33,831 nucleotides of DNA, from the NCBI RefSeq assembly GCF_001194135.2, contig NC_068984.1, positions 34,200,144 through 34,233,974 of the forward strand, in the 5' to 3' direction. This document shows positions 22,905 through 33,831 of this stretch, in pieces; position 1 is the stretch's first letter, and every line of letters starts with the position of its first letter. The notes under the pieces were generated by a model that saw only the letters and a program-made list of their open reading frames with translations, was not told the origin of the DNA and ran no database searches. Position numbers and translations under genes: made by a program. The stretch is from Octopus bimaculoides (taxonomy: Eukaryota).

Positions 22905-23189
22905 TTTGTGCCTTCACATCACTCATATGTATGAAAATTATATTTAAATTCAGACAAGTTGATGAGCATATATATATGATTTAACTTTTCTGTTCATGCA
23001 CACAATATTCTTGTAAATGCAACAGCTAACTGTTAGGCATCAGTGTATGTGTAGTTGCTTAATCTCATTACCTGTGTACATATACACTCTTCCCTCCAGT
23101 TAGAAGTATTGTGTATGGATATGGCATGTTGAGTGATTACCCTTTAGCATGTATATTATATCATCACCACCACCACTACCACAAACACC

Positions 23190-23372
23190 AAGTGGGTGCT
23201 TTTAATTGCCACCAGCACATGAAGGCCAGTGAGGCAGTACTGGCAAAGGCCATGCTCAAAATGGTGTATTTTACGTGCCACCTGCACTGGAGCCAGTCCA
23301 GCGGCACTGGCAACGACCTCATTCGAATGTTTTTTTACGTGCCACTGGCACAAGTGCCAGGAAGGCGATGCT
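23190..23372 (-). mobile_element. Internal 3'UTR fragment of the same retroelement family
   Basis: Reverse complement aligns with 1-200, including two GCCAGT-N8-ACTGGC units. Confidence 0.75.
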
Positions 23373-23445
23373 GGTACATATTCATATGTATATCTGTGTG
23401 TGCATACACACACACACGTACATTGCATGTATATTACATATAAGC

Positions 23446-23484
<39 letters not shown>

Positions 23485-23519
23485 TATAGATATGTATACA
23501 TACATACATACACATATAG

Positions 23520-24075
23520 CATGGCTGTGTGGTAAAAAAATTGCTTCCTAGTAACCTGGTTCCAAGTTCAGTTCTACTACATGTTTCCTTGGGCAAGTAT
23601 CTTCTTCTATAGTCCTGACCTGAACAAAGCCTGCCGTACCCTTTCTGTCTCACAATACTACTTCCCAGTTGACGGATTTTGTCCTGCAAGTCCCTTTGTG
23701 ACATCATTGCTGTTGATGTCACATAAAATGTATCCTGTACACTCTGTAAATTTGCATGCATTAGGATGGGCATTCAGCTGCAGAAAGCATGCTAAAACTG
23801 ACAGCAGAGCTTGGTAGTGTTCTGACTTGACAGTTCATGCGAAATTGTTCATGCTAGCATTGAAAATGGACGTAAAATGATGACGCCTTTGGGTTTGTTC
23901 CCAGCCACAACATGACAATTGGTGTACATTCGTTTACATTCCCATTACTTAGCAGTTTGGCGTAAAAGAGTGAGAGGCTTAGAAAAGTTAAAGGGGTTCA
24001 TTCAATCAACTGAAACCCTTCAAGGCAGTGCATCAGAAAGGTCACAGTCCAATGACTGAAACAAGTACAACGTAA
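23520..24075 (+). mobile_element. CORE-type SINE interrupted by a decayed (GAT)n-tailed fragment
   Basis: Head and core at 23520-23630, retroelement tail at about 23715-23885, SINE 3' module at 23890-24075 ending AATGACTGAAACAAGTA. Confidence 0.65.
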
Positions 24076-24104
24076 AACATAAATACATACACACACTCAT
24101 GCAC

Positions 24105-24139
<35 letters not shown>

Positions 24140-24949
24140 NNNNNNNNNNNNNNNNNNNNNNNNNNNNNNNNNNNNNNNNNNNNNNNNNNNNNNNNNNNNN
24201 NNNNNNNNNNNNNNNNNNNNNNNNNNNNNNNNNNNNNNNNNNNNNNNNNNNNNNNNNNNNNNNNNNNNNNNNNNNNNNNNNNNNNNNNNNNNNNNNNNNN
24301 NNNNNNNNNNNNNNNNNNNNNNNNNNNNNNNNNNNNNNNNNNNNNNNNNNNNNNNNNNNNNNNNNNNNNNNNNNNNNNNNNNNNNNNNNNNNNNNNNNNN
24401 NNNNNNNNNNNNNNNNNNNNNNNNNNNNNNNNNNNNNNNNNNNNNNNNNNNNNNNNNNNNNNNNNNNNNNNNNNNNNNNNNNNNNNNNNNNNNNNNNNNN
24501 NNNNNNNNNNNNNNNNNNNNNNNNNNNNNNNNTATATATATATATATATATATATATAGTGTCATGTAAATAAGTATGTACACATGCTGACATGCACACA
24601 CAATGATGTGTGTGTATCCCTTGTGAATATATATCGCAGATGTTGTTAGGTGTTTTATCGATTACTTTCTGACAAGCCCTATGGTGAACACACACACACA
24701 CACTTATATATGATATATATATAAAATGAAAAATACATAAATATAGCAATGTGAAAATAAATATATCGAATGAATATCGACTAGATCAACTGCTCTCTTT
24801 CCTCATACAGAAGCACACATGTTCTTCATACACCTGACACTTTCAAATATACATACATATCCACAGACCTACTTATGCACATGTTTTTTTCGTTTTTCTG
24901 TTTTTTAAAAAAAAGTGATAAAAAGATTATCATAAAAGGTGCATTTGAG

Positions 24950-24956
24950 TATAAAG
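24950..24956 (+). promoter_or_regulatory. TATA-like element upstream of the candidate exon
   Basis: TATAAAG followed by GGG, at the start of a locally GC/CpG-richer unique segment. Motif match only. Confidence 0.15.
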
Positions 24957-25275
24957 GGGTGGATGAGTTTAGAAGCTATTCCGTGAATGTTTGGTGTGGA
25001 AGATGTTGGCTGAATCGGATAACGCAACTGAAATCATTGAAAAGGGATATAGATGCATTAAGAATCTGTATTGAATTGTGCCTTTCCATTGACTATAGTT
25101 TATGTTTTTTTGTTTTTTTTACTGTGGCTTTTAGTTTTTGTTGTTTTATTATTTTATGTGTGTGTTTTATTTCCCCTCTCCATGCAGGAACATTTCCGCA
25201 GACCATCCTTGCTTCCTCGTTCCGTTGCCTTCATCTTTTTAAAATTCCAATTTCTCTTGCATTCCCCATTCTTCA

Positions 25276-25323
25276 ATGACATTATCGGCCTTTTATGAAA
25301 GCAATAAATTGCGACGGATTTCT
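25276..25323 (+). CDS. Candidate first coding segment of an unidentified host gene (MTLSAFYESNKLRRIS, phase-0 donor), inside candidate exon 25188-25323
   Basis: Strong acceptor TTTTATTTCCCCTCTCCATGCAG|G at 25187/25188, donor TCT|GTAAGT at 25323/25324, six CpGs in 136 nt. All three frames stop inside the exon, so only a UTR-plus-start exon fits. No homology recognised. Confidence 0.35.
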
Positions 25324-26451
25324 GTAAGTTGCTTTTACCATTGAGATTTACGAAGAGGGTAGTTGAATGATTGGTGGTGGTGGTGATGGTGGTGGAGGTG
25401 GTGGTGGTTGCTGTTGGTTGGTGGTAGTGGTGATGTTTATTGTTGATGTTGCTGTTGGTGGTGCTGGCAGCACAAGTGGTGACATGACTTTTGGAGATGA
25501 GGAAGAAAAAAAATGTTGTAGAAGAGAAGTGTAGAAAAAAAAAACTAGTGGTAACTGCTGCTGTTGCTGCTGTCACCGCTGCTGCTGCTCTCACTGCTGC
25601 TGCCACAGCTGCCGCTACTTTTATTGCTAAGTCCCAAATCAGCATTTATCAAGGTGAGGCCTATGATTAAAAGCAATCCAGCCAGGACTATCCCACCTTA
25701 TATTTTTATGAGCAGGAAACTCAGAGCCACATAGTTAATTATTCAAGAATATCATATATTCTTTTTTGAAAAAAAAGGTAGAGTGTGATCTAAGGGAGGA
25801 GGCTTGGCTGCATTTTCATCAGATTGAGGGATCATAGGATGTCATTTTTTTTGTGGTGGTCACGGAAATTGTAGGATGCCTATAACCTTTAAGGGTGAAT
25901 GAGAACCAAGAGAAAGAAAAAAAATGTGAAAATGGTGAATTTGTTGTTGTTTTTGTTGTTGTTTAGCACCCAAATTAGCCCACTCCCTGTCAATCTGTGA
26001 TGTAAAGCATTCCAGCTGTGGTCACATGTTTTTTCAGACTGTGTATTAAGAATTGCTTTGTATAATATGTCCTTCGTTTTACAAACAGACAAGGTGTGTC
26101 TTGAAGAAGATTTGGTTGTTCTTTCTGGCAGAGGCTTACCTTATTGTTTTATGAATGCTGTCCTTGATAGCAGCTGTGGTGGTGGGAAAATAGTGATGGT
26201 CGTTATAGTGATAGCTTTTGGAGATGGGCAATGAAGCAGAGAATAGAAAATATAGTTTGTTAGCCCTAGGTCAGTCTCGCTATGATGCAGACTGTTCCAG
26301 CAAATGTTCCTTAGCTTGTGAAACATTACCAACAGTCTCCTTCCTTTATTCTCAAGAAGGTAGGATGGGACATTTGGATTCTATTTTTAACAAGTTGATC
26401 AACCATCCAAGGGTCTCATGATACCTGGGTGACGGTATTGGTAGTTTACAG

Positions 26452-26543
26452 AGGAAGAAAGAGGATGAGGACTCGAGGAAGAAAGAGGATGAGGACTCGA
26501 GGAAGAAGGGGAAGCACAATGTGGAAGAAAGGAAGAACGGAAG
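26452..26543 (+). CDS. Candidate internal exon (RKKEDEDSRKKEDEDSRKKGKHNVEERKNG)
   Basis: TTTACAG| ... AAG|GTAAGT (consensus donor), open in phase 0. The acceptor is weak and the sequence is low-complexity. Confidence 0.2.
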
Positions 26544-26559
26544 GTAAGTGGTTGTAGTG

Positions 26560-27706
26560 GCATTAGTTGTATTAGCAGTAGTATTAATAGTTGTAGTGAG
26601 AGATATTGCAATGTCTAAACTATCTAGTAGTGGTGGTGGTGGTAATAGTAGTAGTTAGTTTAATAAGACATGAAGGAGAAAAAATAAAAGTAGCAACAGT
26701 GAGGATAGTGGTGATGATGGGACAGTGAAGGTGATGGTGGTGGATGTGGTAGGGGAAGTGATGTTGGAAATGCAGTATGGCATTAGTGACTAGGATGCTG
26801 ATTGCAGTGCTGCTAATGCTAAAAGTAGTAGCAGCACCAGTAGTAGTAGTAGTAGTANNNNNNNNNNNNNNNNNNNNNNNNNNNNNNNNNNNNNNNNNNN
26901 NNNNNNNNNNNNNNNNNNNNNNNNNNNNNNNNNNNNNNNNNNNNNNNNNNNNNNNNNNNNNNNNNNNNNNNNNNNNNNNNNNNNNNNNNNNNNNNNNNNN
27001 NNNNNNNNNNNNNNNNNNNNNNNNNNNNNNNNNNNNNNNNNNNNNNNNNNNNNNNNNNNNNNNNNNNNNNNNNNNNNNNNNNNNNNNNNNNNNNNNNNNN
27101 NNNNNNNNNNNNNNNNNNNNNNNNNNNNNNNNNNNNNNNNNNNNNNNNNNNNNNNNNNNNNNNNNNNNNNNNNNNNNNNNNNNNNNNNNNNNNNNNNNNN
27201 NNNNNNNNNNNNNNNNNNNNNNNNNNNNNNNNNNNNNNNNNNNNNNNNNNNNNNNNNNNNNNNNNNNNNNNNNNNNNNNNNNNNNNNNNNNNNNNNNNNN
27301 NNNNNNNNNNNNNNNNNNNNNNNNNNNNNNNNNNNNNNNNNNNNNNNNNNNNNNNNNNNNNNNNNNNNNNNNNNNNNNNNNNNNNNNNNNNNNNNNNNNN
27401 NNNNNNNNNNNNNNNNNNNNNNNNNNNNNNNNNNNNNNNNNNNNNNNNNNNNNNNNNNNNNNNNNNNNNNNNNNNNNNNNNNNNNNNNNNNNNNNNNNNN
27501 NNNNNNNNNNNNNNNNNTGGCAGTAGTAGTAGTAGTAGCAACAGGCTGCAACAGCAGTAATAGTATTGTAATAGTTGTAAGTAGTATTAATGATGGAGAT
27601 TCTCTTGTTAGTATATAAGTAGTATCTGTGATAGTGCTATGAATGGTAGCAGTAGCAACAGCAGCAGCAGTAGTAGTAGTAGTAACAGCAGCAGCAGCAG
27701 TAGTAG

Positions 27707-27741
<35 letters not shown>

Positions 27742-27988
27742 GAATATGTTTGCAGTTGTGAAGATGCTCCTGCTGTCATGACAGTGATTGTTATATTAGT
27801 CTTCTGCCAATATTGATTCCCATGCTTCTGCTTCTGCTGCTTCTGCTGCTGCTGCTGACGATGAAGATGGGGAATAATGTTTCTTGGTTATGTTCATAGT
27901 GACAGCAGTTTTTTTAACTGTTATTAATATCTGTGATGGTTATGTTATGTCAAATTTTTGGTCTTCTCTTTTTGCTTTGTGGAGATGC

Positions 27989-28022
<34 letters not shown>

Positions 28023-28181
28023 TGTGATGAAGGTGGCAGTGGTGTGGGATGGTAGTGGTGGTCCTCATTATCATCATAATAGTAGTAGTTATGGTGGTGG
28101 TGGTGGTGGTGGTGATGGTGGTTTTGGTGGCGGTGGTGGTGGCAGTGATACAGGTGGCTGTGGTTTGTGGTGGTGGTGATC

Positions 28182-28225
<44 letters not shown>

Positions 28226-28382
28226 TGTGGTGGCAGTGGTGGTGGTGTGGGGTGGTAGTGGTGGTCCTCATTATCATCATGATAGTAGTAGTTGTGGTGG
28301 TGGTTTTGGTGGCGGCGGTGGTGGCAGTGATAGTGGTGGCTGTGGTGCTGGTGGTGGTGGTGATCGTAGCAGTAGTAGTAGC

Positions 28383-28447
<65 letters not shown>

Positions 28448-28450
28448 GGG
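26560..28450. repeat. Compound (GTA/GCA/GGT)n trinucleotide low-complexity region with a 660-N gap
   Basis: Direct reading. Includes a roughly 190-200-bp higher-order duplication at 28010-28440. Confidence 0.88.
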
Positions 28451-28948
28451 GGGGGCAGTATTGGTGATTTTTAGAGCTTAAGAAAGTATAAGTGAAGCTA
28501 ATAAGGATGGATTATTGAATATTAGAAACAAAGTGGATTGCTGGAAGCATTAGAAGAACTAGAAGCCAAAACAACAGCAACAACAACAACAGCATTAGCA
28601 ACAAGAACAACAACAAAAAGGTAAATAAATAGATAAAGTTGAGGGTAGAATTAATGGGAACGCATTTGGAGAGAAAAAGGAAAATGTGGGAGTAAAGAAA
28701 AGAAACAATTATGATTTCCGCTGAATTTCTTGGGCTTAATTGATGCGAATAACTGGGAAGGAAATATGTCTTTTCCTATCATTGCAAAAATTGAAGAATA
28801 ATGGGCGTGGGAGAGGAGGAGGGAGGAGTGAAAGAGAGGTAGAAAAATGTTGCATGGGAAGGAGCTTGAGGAATAAAAAGTATGCAATGAGAATGAGAAA
28901 GCTTGTTGAAATTAAGCCATGACTAGTTAAAAGACACTGTTTGAAAGT

Positions 28949-28957
28949 TGAGAGGGA

Positions 28958-28993
<36 letters not shown>

Positions 28994-29383
28994 CAGACAG
29001 AGACAGACAGACAGAAAGAAAGACAGAGAGGCACAGACAGAAAGATGGACAGCAGGTGGTGTGAGAGCATGCATGAGAGAGAGAGAGAAAGACAGACAGA
29101 CTGAAAGATAGACAATAGAGGTAGAGGTAGAGAGGGAGGAGTAGAGAGAGGGAGAGCAAGAGAGGTAAAGAAAGAGGGAGGGAGAAAACAAGAAAAGTAA
29201 GAAAGAAGGGGAAAGTGGGAGAGGGGGAAAGAGAGAGAGAGAGGGGAGAGCAAAAGAGGTATAGATAGAGAGAGAGGGAGGTAGGCTCAGACAGAAAGAT
29301 ATGCAGCAGGTACATGAGCATGCACAAGAAAGAGAGAAAGACAGACAGAAAGAAGACAGAGAGAAAGAGAGAGAGGGAGAGCA
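28949..29383. repeat. GA/GACA-rich polypurine low-complexity tract
   Basis: Direct reading. Confidence 0.88.
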
Positions 29384-30130
29384 ATTTTAAAATTGGTTTA
29401 GTGTATCTTGTTTTGTGTCTTGGGCAAGCTCAAAAATAAAAGAGACATCTTACTATGATTACTGAGATGTTAAATTCCCTGGAGTGAACAAAGAGATATT
29501 CAAAATTCAAGGACATATGTTGAATGGGGACTAAAGACAAGTAATGTTACATGACTGGACAGGGTAGAGACGGTGAAGATGGTGGAGGTTTCTAGGGTAG
29601 AAAATATAAGAGCAGTGAGGAAAAAAATATATAAAGAAAAGAGGAGGGGGAAAAGGAGGAAAATATAATGAACAATGGAGAGAGAAAAAAAAATGGAAAA
29701 TATTTGAACAAAATATGTGAATGGCAGTGTAATTAGAAATAGTAGAGATATTTAAAAAAGAAAAAAAAGATATTAGTATTTGATTTTTAGAATTGACGAG
29801 GCTCCATTTTGTCCATGTCTTGCTTTTATCATGAGGGTAGCTGTATGTTATTTCTCAACTTGCTAGAAATAGCAGCTAGATATCTCTCAACGTCTAGCCA
29901 TCTTTATTAAAAAGGTAAAAAGCAGTGTTGCAACTGCACCTTGTTCATGTCTTCTTTGTGCCATGCGAGGATCTCTTCACTATTCTTTGGCCTAATAGAA
30001 ATAACGGTTAAATTTCTCAGCATCTTACCATATTAAAAATTTAGATAGACACATGAAATAAAAATATATAGTTTAGATATCTCTAAAATGATGTAATGCC
30101 TTTGGTTAAAAATCTTCTTAATCAAGCATG

Positions 30131-30310
30131 ACCACTACACTCTCGGAGTGGTTGGTGTTAGGAAGGGCATCCAGCTGTAGAAATATTGCCAGATCGGATT
30201 GGAGCGTGGTGCAGCCTTCTGGCTCACCAGCCCTAAGTCAAACCGTCCAACCCATGCCAGCATGGAAAGCAGACATTGAGCGATGGTGATAATGATGATG
30301 GTGATGATGA
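30131..30310 (+). mobile_element. (GAT)n-tailed retroelement 3' fragment
   Basis: CACTACACTCTCGGAGTGGTTGGTGTTAGGAAGGGCATCCAGCTGTAGAAA...CCCATGCCAGCATGGAAAGC followed by a degenerate (GAT)n tail. Confidence 0.85.
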
Positions 30311-31246
30311 CACTGATGAGCTTAGTTATCATCCTCATCATCATGGTGATAACTAAGCTAGTGTTAGGAACATAAATTTTGACTAAAGTTTGGTGGAAGA
30401 TTTTAATTCAAAACTTATGAAAACAAGATATTGGTACTACAGAGTCAAAGATGGTTTCAGCCAGGTTGGTATCGGAAGGGATAACATGCTTCTAGAATCA
30501 CAATGCCTTAAAGGAAAGCAACATGATTGGTCATGGTAATAATGAAGTTTGTCATAAGTTTGCTTGATTAGGGCTGGCCTAGGACTTAATAATATAATAT
30601 CTACTTTATAAATCAACTAAATTCATGCTATTCCTATTTCAAAATTTCTTTCACAATTCTTTCTCACTTTTTCCCACATCATCTCTCTATCTTTCAATCT
30701 TACCCCATTTCTCAGAATGAATGTCTCAAAACTTTTTTTCATGAAAAACTACACTGTTATCTTTCAGAACTTGTCTAATTGTGCTTATTTCCTGACAAAC
30801 AAATATTTTAATTCACAAACTACACTATAATATTTCTAAGTGAAGGAGCAGTTACCCAAGTCGTTACCCAATCAGCTTAAAATATTTACCAAATTATCCT
30901 TAAAATTACAGTGTACTGTCTAAAAAACATAAAAAAAGGACATCCTGTACAATGCTGTTCCAGGTATACAAAAAGTCAGGATAATCATTGCTAGATTGCT
31001 TTAAATCATAGGCATGCTCAGAAATGATCTGAGACTATATACTTTGAACTAATGAGGATTGTTCCATCTGCTAACAATAGCAATGAAATCTCCCTCAAAT
31101 CACAGCATATCATTATAGAAAAGGAAAGGGAAAATCCAGTTAATTTAGCTCAGGACAAATGTTGCTGGAAAGACACAGTATGAGACAGCAATAATTAGAA
31201 TCCTTTTCATGAGGGCCAAGGTTCCTAAACAACTACTAGACAGATA

Positions 31247-32510
31247 TTCGGTTGTTTGGAAAATACTGTCTGAGTTATCAAAAAGTTGTTTCCAAATTTG
31301 ATTCAGAATGATATTTTTGTAGTGTTTTAGATGAAATTTTACATTCTTAATAACTGATAGGTACTCTTTAATAAATTTTTAATGATTTCTTTCAGAGTAT
31401 AATTTTGAAATGTAGAAATCCTTAATTCCAAACAGGAAAAAAGAAGAAATGCATTTACTTGTTTTGCATGAATTCAAGTTTGGACATAATGTTTCCCAGA
31501 CAGCTGCCAATATTAACAGAGCATGAAGTAAGGGTCCACTAGTGATTGGATGGTGTGACAGTGCTTTTAGAGACTCCATAGTGGGGATGAAAGCTTTGAA
31601 GATCAAGAATGTCGAGGATGCTCATCCAACCTTGATGATCAGCATTTGAAAACAATAGTTGAACAAACCCACAACAAAATGTTTCATATGCTTGGTCTAG
31701 GTGCTTCAACAGTATCAGATCACATGAAGAAAATTGCTAAAGTGATAAAACTCAATAAATGAGTCCTGCATGATCTCAATGAAGATCAAAGACTTCAGCA
31801 TTTTGAAGTGTGCTCAATGCTCTCTCTGTGAAACTCTGACACATTTCTTGATCGAATAGAGACATGTGATGAAAAATGGATCCTTTATGACAATTGTAAG
31901 TGATTGGATCAATGGCTTGATTGTGATGAAGCACTCAAACATTTCCTGAAACTAAAATTGCATCAGCAGAAGATTAGGGTGACTGTCTGGTGGTCTGCTA
32001 TTGGTGTCATCCATTACAGGTTTCTGGAACCTAAACAGAGCATTACATCAGAAGTTTATTATAATCAACTGGAAGAAATGCATGTTCACTTGAGCAAATT
32101 GAGACCTGCACTTGTTAACAAACATAATCCAATTCTGCTCCATGACAATGCTCAACTGCCCGTTTCCAAGATGACACTGCAAAATCTCACAGATTTGGGA
32201 TATAAGACTTTATCATATCCTCCATATTCTCCTGATCTTTCACCCACTGACTACCACATTTTCAAGCAGCTAGATACTTTGTTAAGGCAAAAAACCTTCT
32301 GTTCCAAAAGTGAGGTTGAAACTGAAGGATTTCTTGGAATCAAAACGTTTGGATTTTTATCGAAAAAGCATTAATGACCTGTTAATCAATGGGAGATATG
32401 CATGCCTGTTCAGGGATCATATTTTGAATAATTAAACCTTTCTATGAGTTCAGTCTTTCATGAATATAGGCTTATTTTAAAAATTGATTATTATTTTCCA
32501 AACAACCTGA
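31247..32510 (+). mobile_element. Full-length non-functional mariner (Tc1/mariner, DD34D) DNA transposon, 1264 bp
   Basis: Left end TA|TTCGGTTGTTTGGAAAATA (TA at 31245-46). Right end reverse complement TA|TCAGGTTGTTTGGAAAATA (TA at 32511-12). TIRs match 17/19, TA TSD on both sides, length typical of mariners, transposase inside. Confidence 0.95.
31410..32431 (+). pseudogene. Mariner transposase pseudogene
   Basis: Hand translation gives HEFKFGHNVSQTAANINRA (HTH), *VLHDL (WVPHEL motif), TCDEKW (D 31868), LLHDNA (D 32144), YSPDLSPTDY (D 32249, 34 residues after D2) and C-terminal GSYFE*. Multiple stops and a frameshift near 31540. ORF-track 31904-32374 is its longest open piece. Confidence 0.95.
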
Positions 32511-33575
32511 TATATGTTAAATGACAACTATATTTACTGTACCACTTAGTTTTACTATGGTATTTTATATAATCATTTTTGCTTTTGAATGTGGCATCTC
32601 AACATACTTAGTAGCACAAGAATTTTACGAACAGAATTTGGACGACAAACACAAAATGTGGAAGCTGCTATGTCCATTTTAGATTCTCAAGAAAGCAATA
32701 TAATACTTATTTAGTGCCTTCAGTGAAAATAGATTCTTTGAGAGTTATGCTATCAACCTAATTTCAACACCTGTTTGGAATAATTTTAATTTATATTAGC
32801 ACAACCATTGGGAAAAGCATGAATAACACAACTACAGCCCTCTATTCTCTTTAAAGAGATGTAATTACATATGCATGTATACAACTGATTACTAACAATC
32901 GAGAAGAAAATTATTTTCCTTATTTAAATTGTGTCTAAAATAAATAAATATTGTATATTAGATATTTTTGTTTATAATTTTATACTTAAATTTCACTCCA
33001 ATTATTCTTGGTTTCTGTTCTCAACTAATCATGAAATGTTTTAATTTGTCTTTTAGAGTCTTCAATCATTTTCAAATTTTCTTAAATTTCAGTCAACAGA
33101 ACTAAATGTTCTTCCCCTCCACACTTTTCCCCACATTCACGCCGGCTTCCACTTTCTCCAGCTAGAATTTAATCATTATCATTTAGATTACATCCATTTA
33201 TCAAATGATCAAAATGTAATTCAAATTTCATCTCTAAATCTTTTTTCCAGTTATGAGTGATATGTTGATGCCTGGGCTTTTTACTTTCAGAAATTTGCAG
33301 AAGATAACACACTCTCACTTAGGTTGCAATAGTCTGTCTGTTTAATGCAAAGGGAGAGTTACATAATGCATGTTGTTGTTGTAGTTATTTAGCCCCCGGC
33401 CAGTTTTGAATGAGCAGACCTATGATCAAAGATATTGCAGCTAACACATTGTATCGTTTTGTATATAAGGGGCTAAATTTTATGATGTATCTTTCTTATA
33501 CATTTTAGATTGTCGTGGTGGTATCAGAAGGATTTGGCTACACTACTTAAAAGTAAAAGGACCACACAGAGTGGG

Positions 33576-33831
33576 TTACTCTTTACTCTTGCTTTACTCT
33601 TTTACTTGTTTCATCCATTTGACTGCGGCCATGCTGGAGTACCGCCTTTTAGTCAAGCAAATCAACCCCAGGACTTATTCTTTGGAAGCTTAGTACTTAT
33701 TCTATCAGTCTTTTTTGATGAACTGCTAAGTTACGGGGATGTAAACACACCACCATCGGTTGTCAAGCGATGCTGGGGGTGGGGAGGACAAACACAGACA
33801 CACAAACATATACATACATATATATATATAT
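33576..33831 (-). mobile_element. SINE 3' module and tail, running off the window end
   Basis: (TTACTCT)n tail then CTTGTTTCATCCATTTGACTGCGGCCATGCTGGAGTACCGCC..., reverse complement of 20140-20340. Confidence 0.82.

Larger units (their letters stand above)
2018..27517. other. Assembly gaps: 2018-2027, 3703-3856, 8943-9404, 11226-11744, 14918-15021, 21168-21177, 22567-22865, 24140-24532, 26858-27517
   Basis: N runs, most flanked by microsatellites on at least one side. Confidence 0.99.

Noticed and set aside
23520-23885. New chimeric SINE (CORE head plus RTE-like tail)
   Set aside because: The SINE's normal 3' module resumes at about 23890, so a nested insertion explains it better.
24875-25279. 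134-aa plus-strand ORF as a single-exon gene
   Set aside because: It crosses a T-rich intron-like tract and a strong acceptor, and its F/C/L-rich translation reflects composition.
3607-29384. Long ORF-track entries (e.g. 3641-4414, 8829-9563, 10952-11942, 24020-24749, 26777-27779, 28736-29384)
   Set aside because: They are open only because they run through N gaps or di/trinucleotide repeats, and have no domain content.
29940-29991. Minus-strand mini-exon candidate (PKNSEEILAWHKEDMNK)
   Set aside because: Plausible acceptor but weak donor (AAG|GTGCAG), no recognisable homology, and no neighbouring exon.
32557-32682. 41-codon ORF with hydrophobic N-terminus (MVFYIIIFAF...)
   Set aside because: Hydrophobicity follows from T-rich composition, and there is no promoter, splice or homology support.

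Overview
AT-rich, microsatellite-dense animal DNA with nine assembly gaps (2,611 N, about 8%). The repeat families look like those of octopus (coleoid cephalopod), but that is my recognition, not a database result. No complete host gene is supported, and nearly all ORF-track entries are microsatellite or N artefacts. Firm content: a full-length dead DD34D mariner with TIRs and TA TSDs (31247-32510), a Tigger/Jerky-type pogo transposase fossil (16271-17071), a hAT/Charlie-type MITE with 8-bp TSD (12563-12927), TTAA-type MITEs, 3' ends of two non-LTR retrotransposon families, and many tRNA/CORE-type SINEs. Best non-repeat signal: a CpG-rich candidate first coding exon (25188-25323, +) with a possible phase-compatible next exon (26452-26543). 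I found no convincing new biological system. The most unusual structure is a repeated GCCAGT-N8-ACTGGC hairpin module in the 3' region of the (GAT)n-tailed retroelement.
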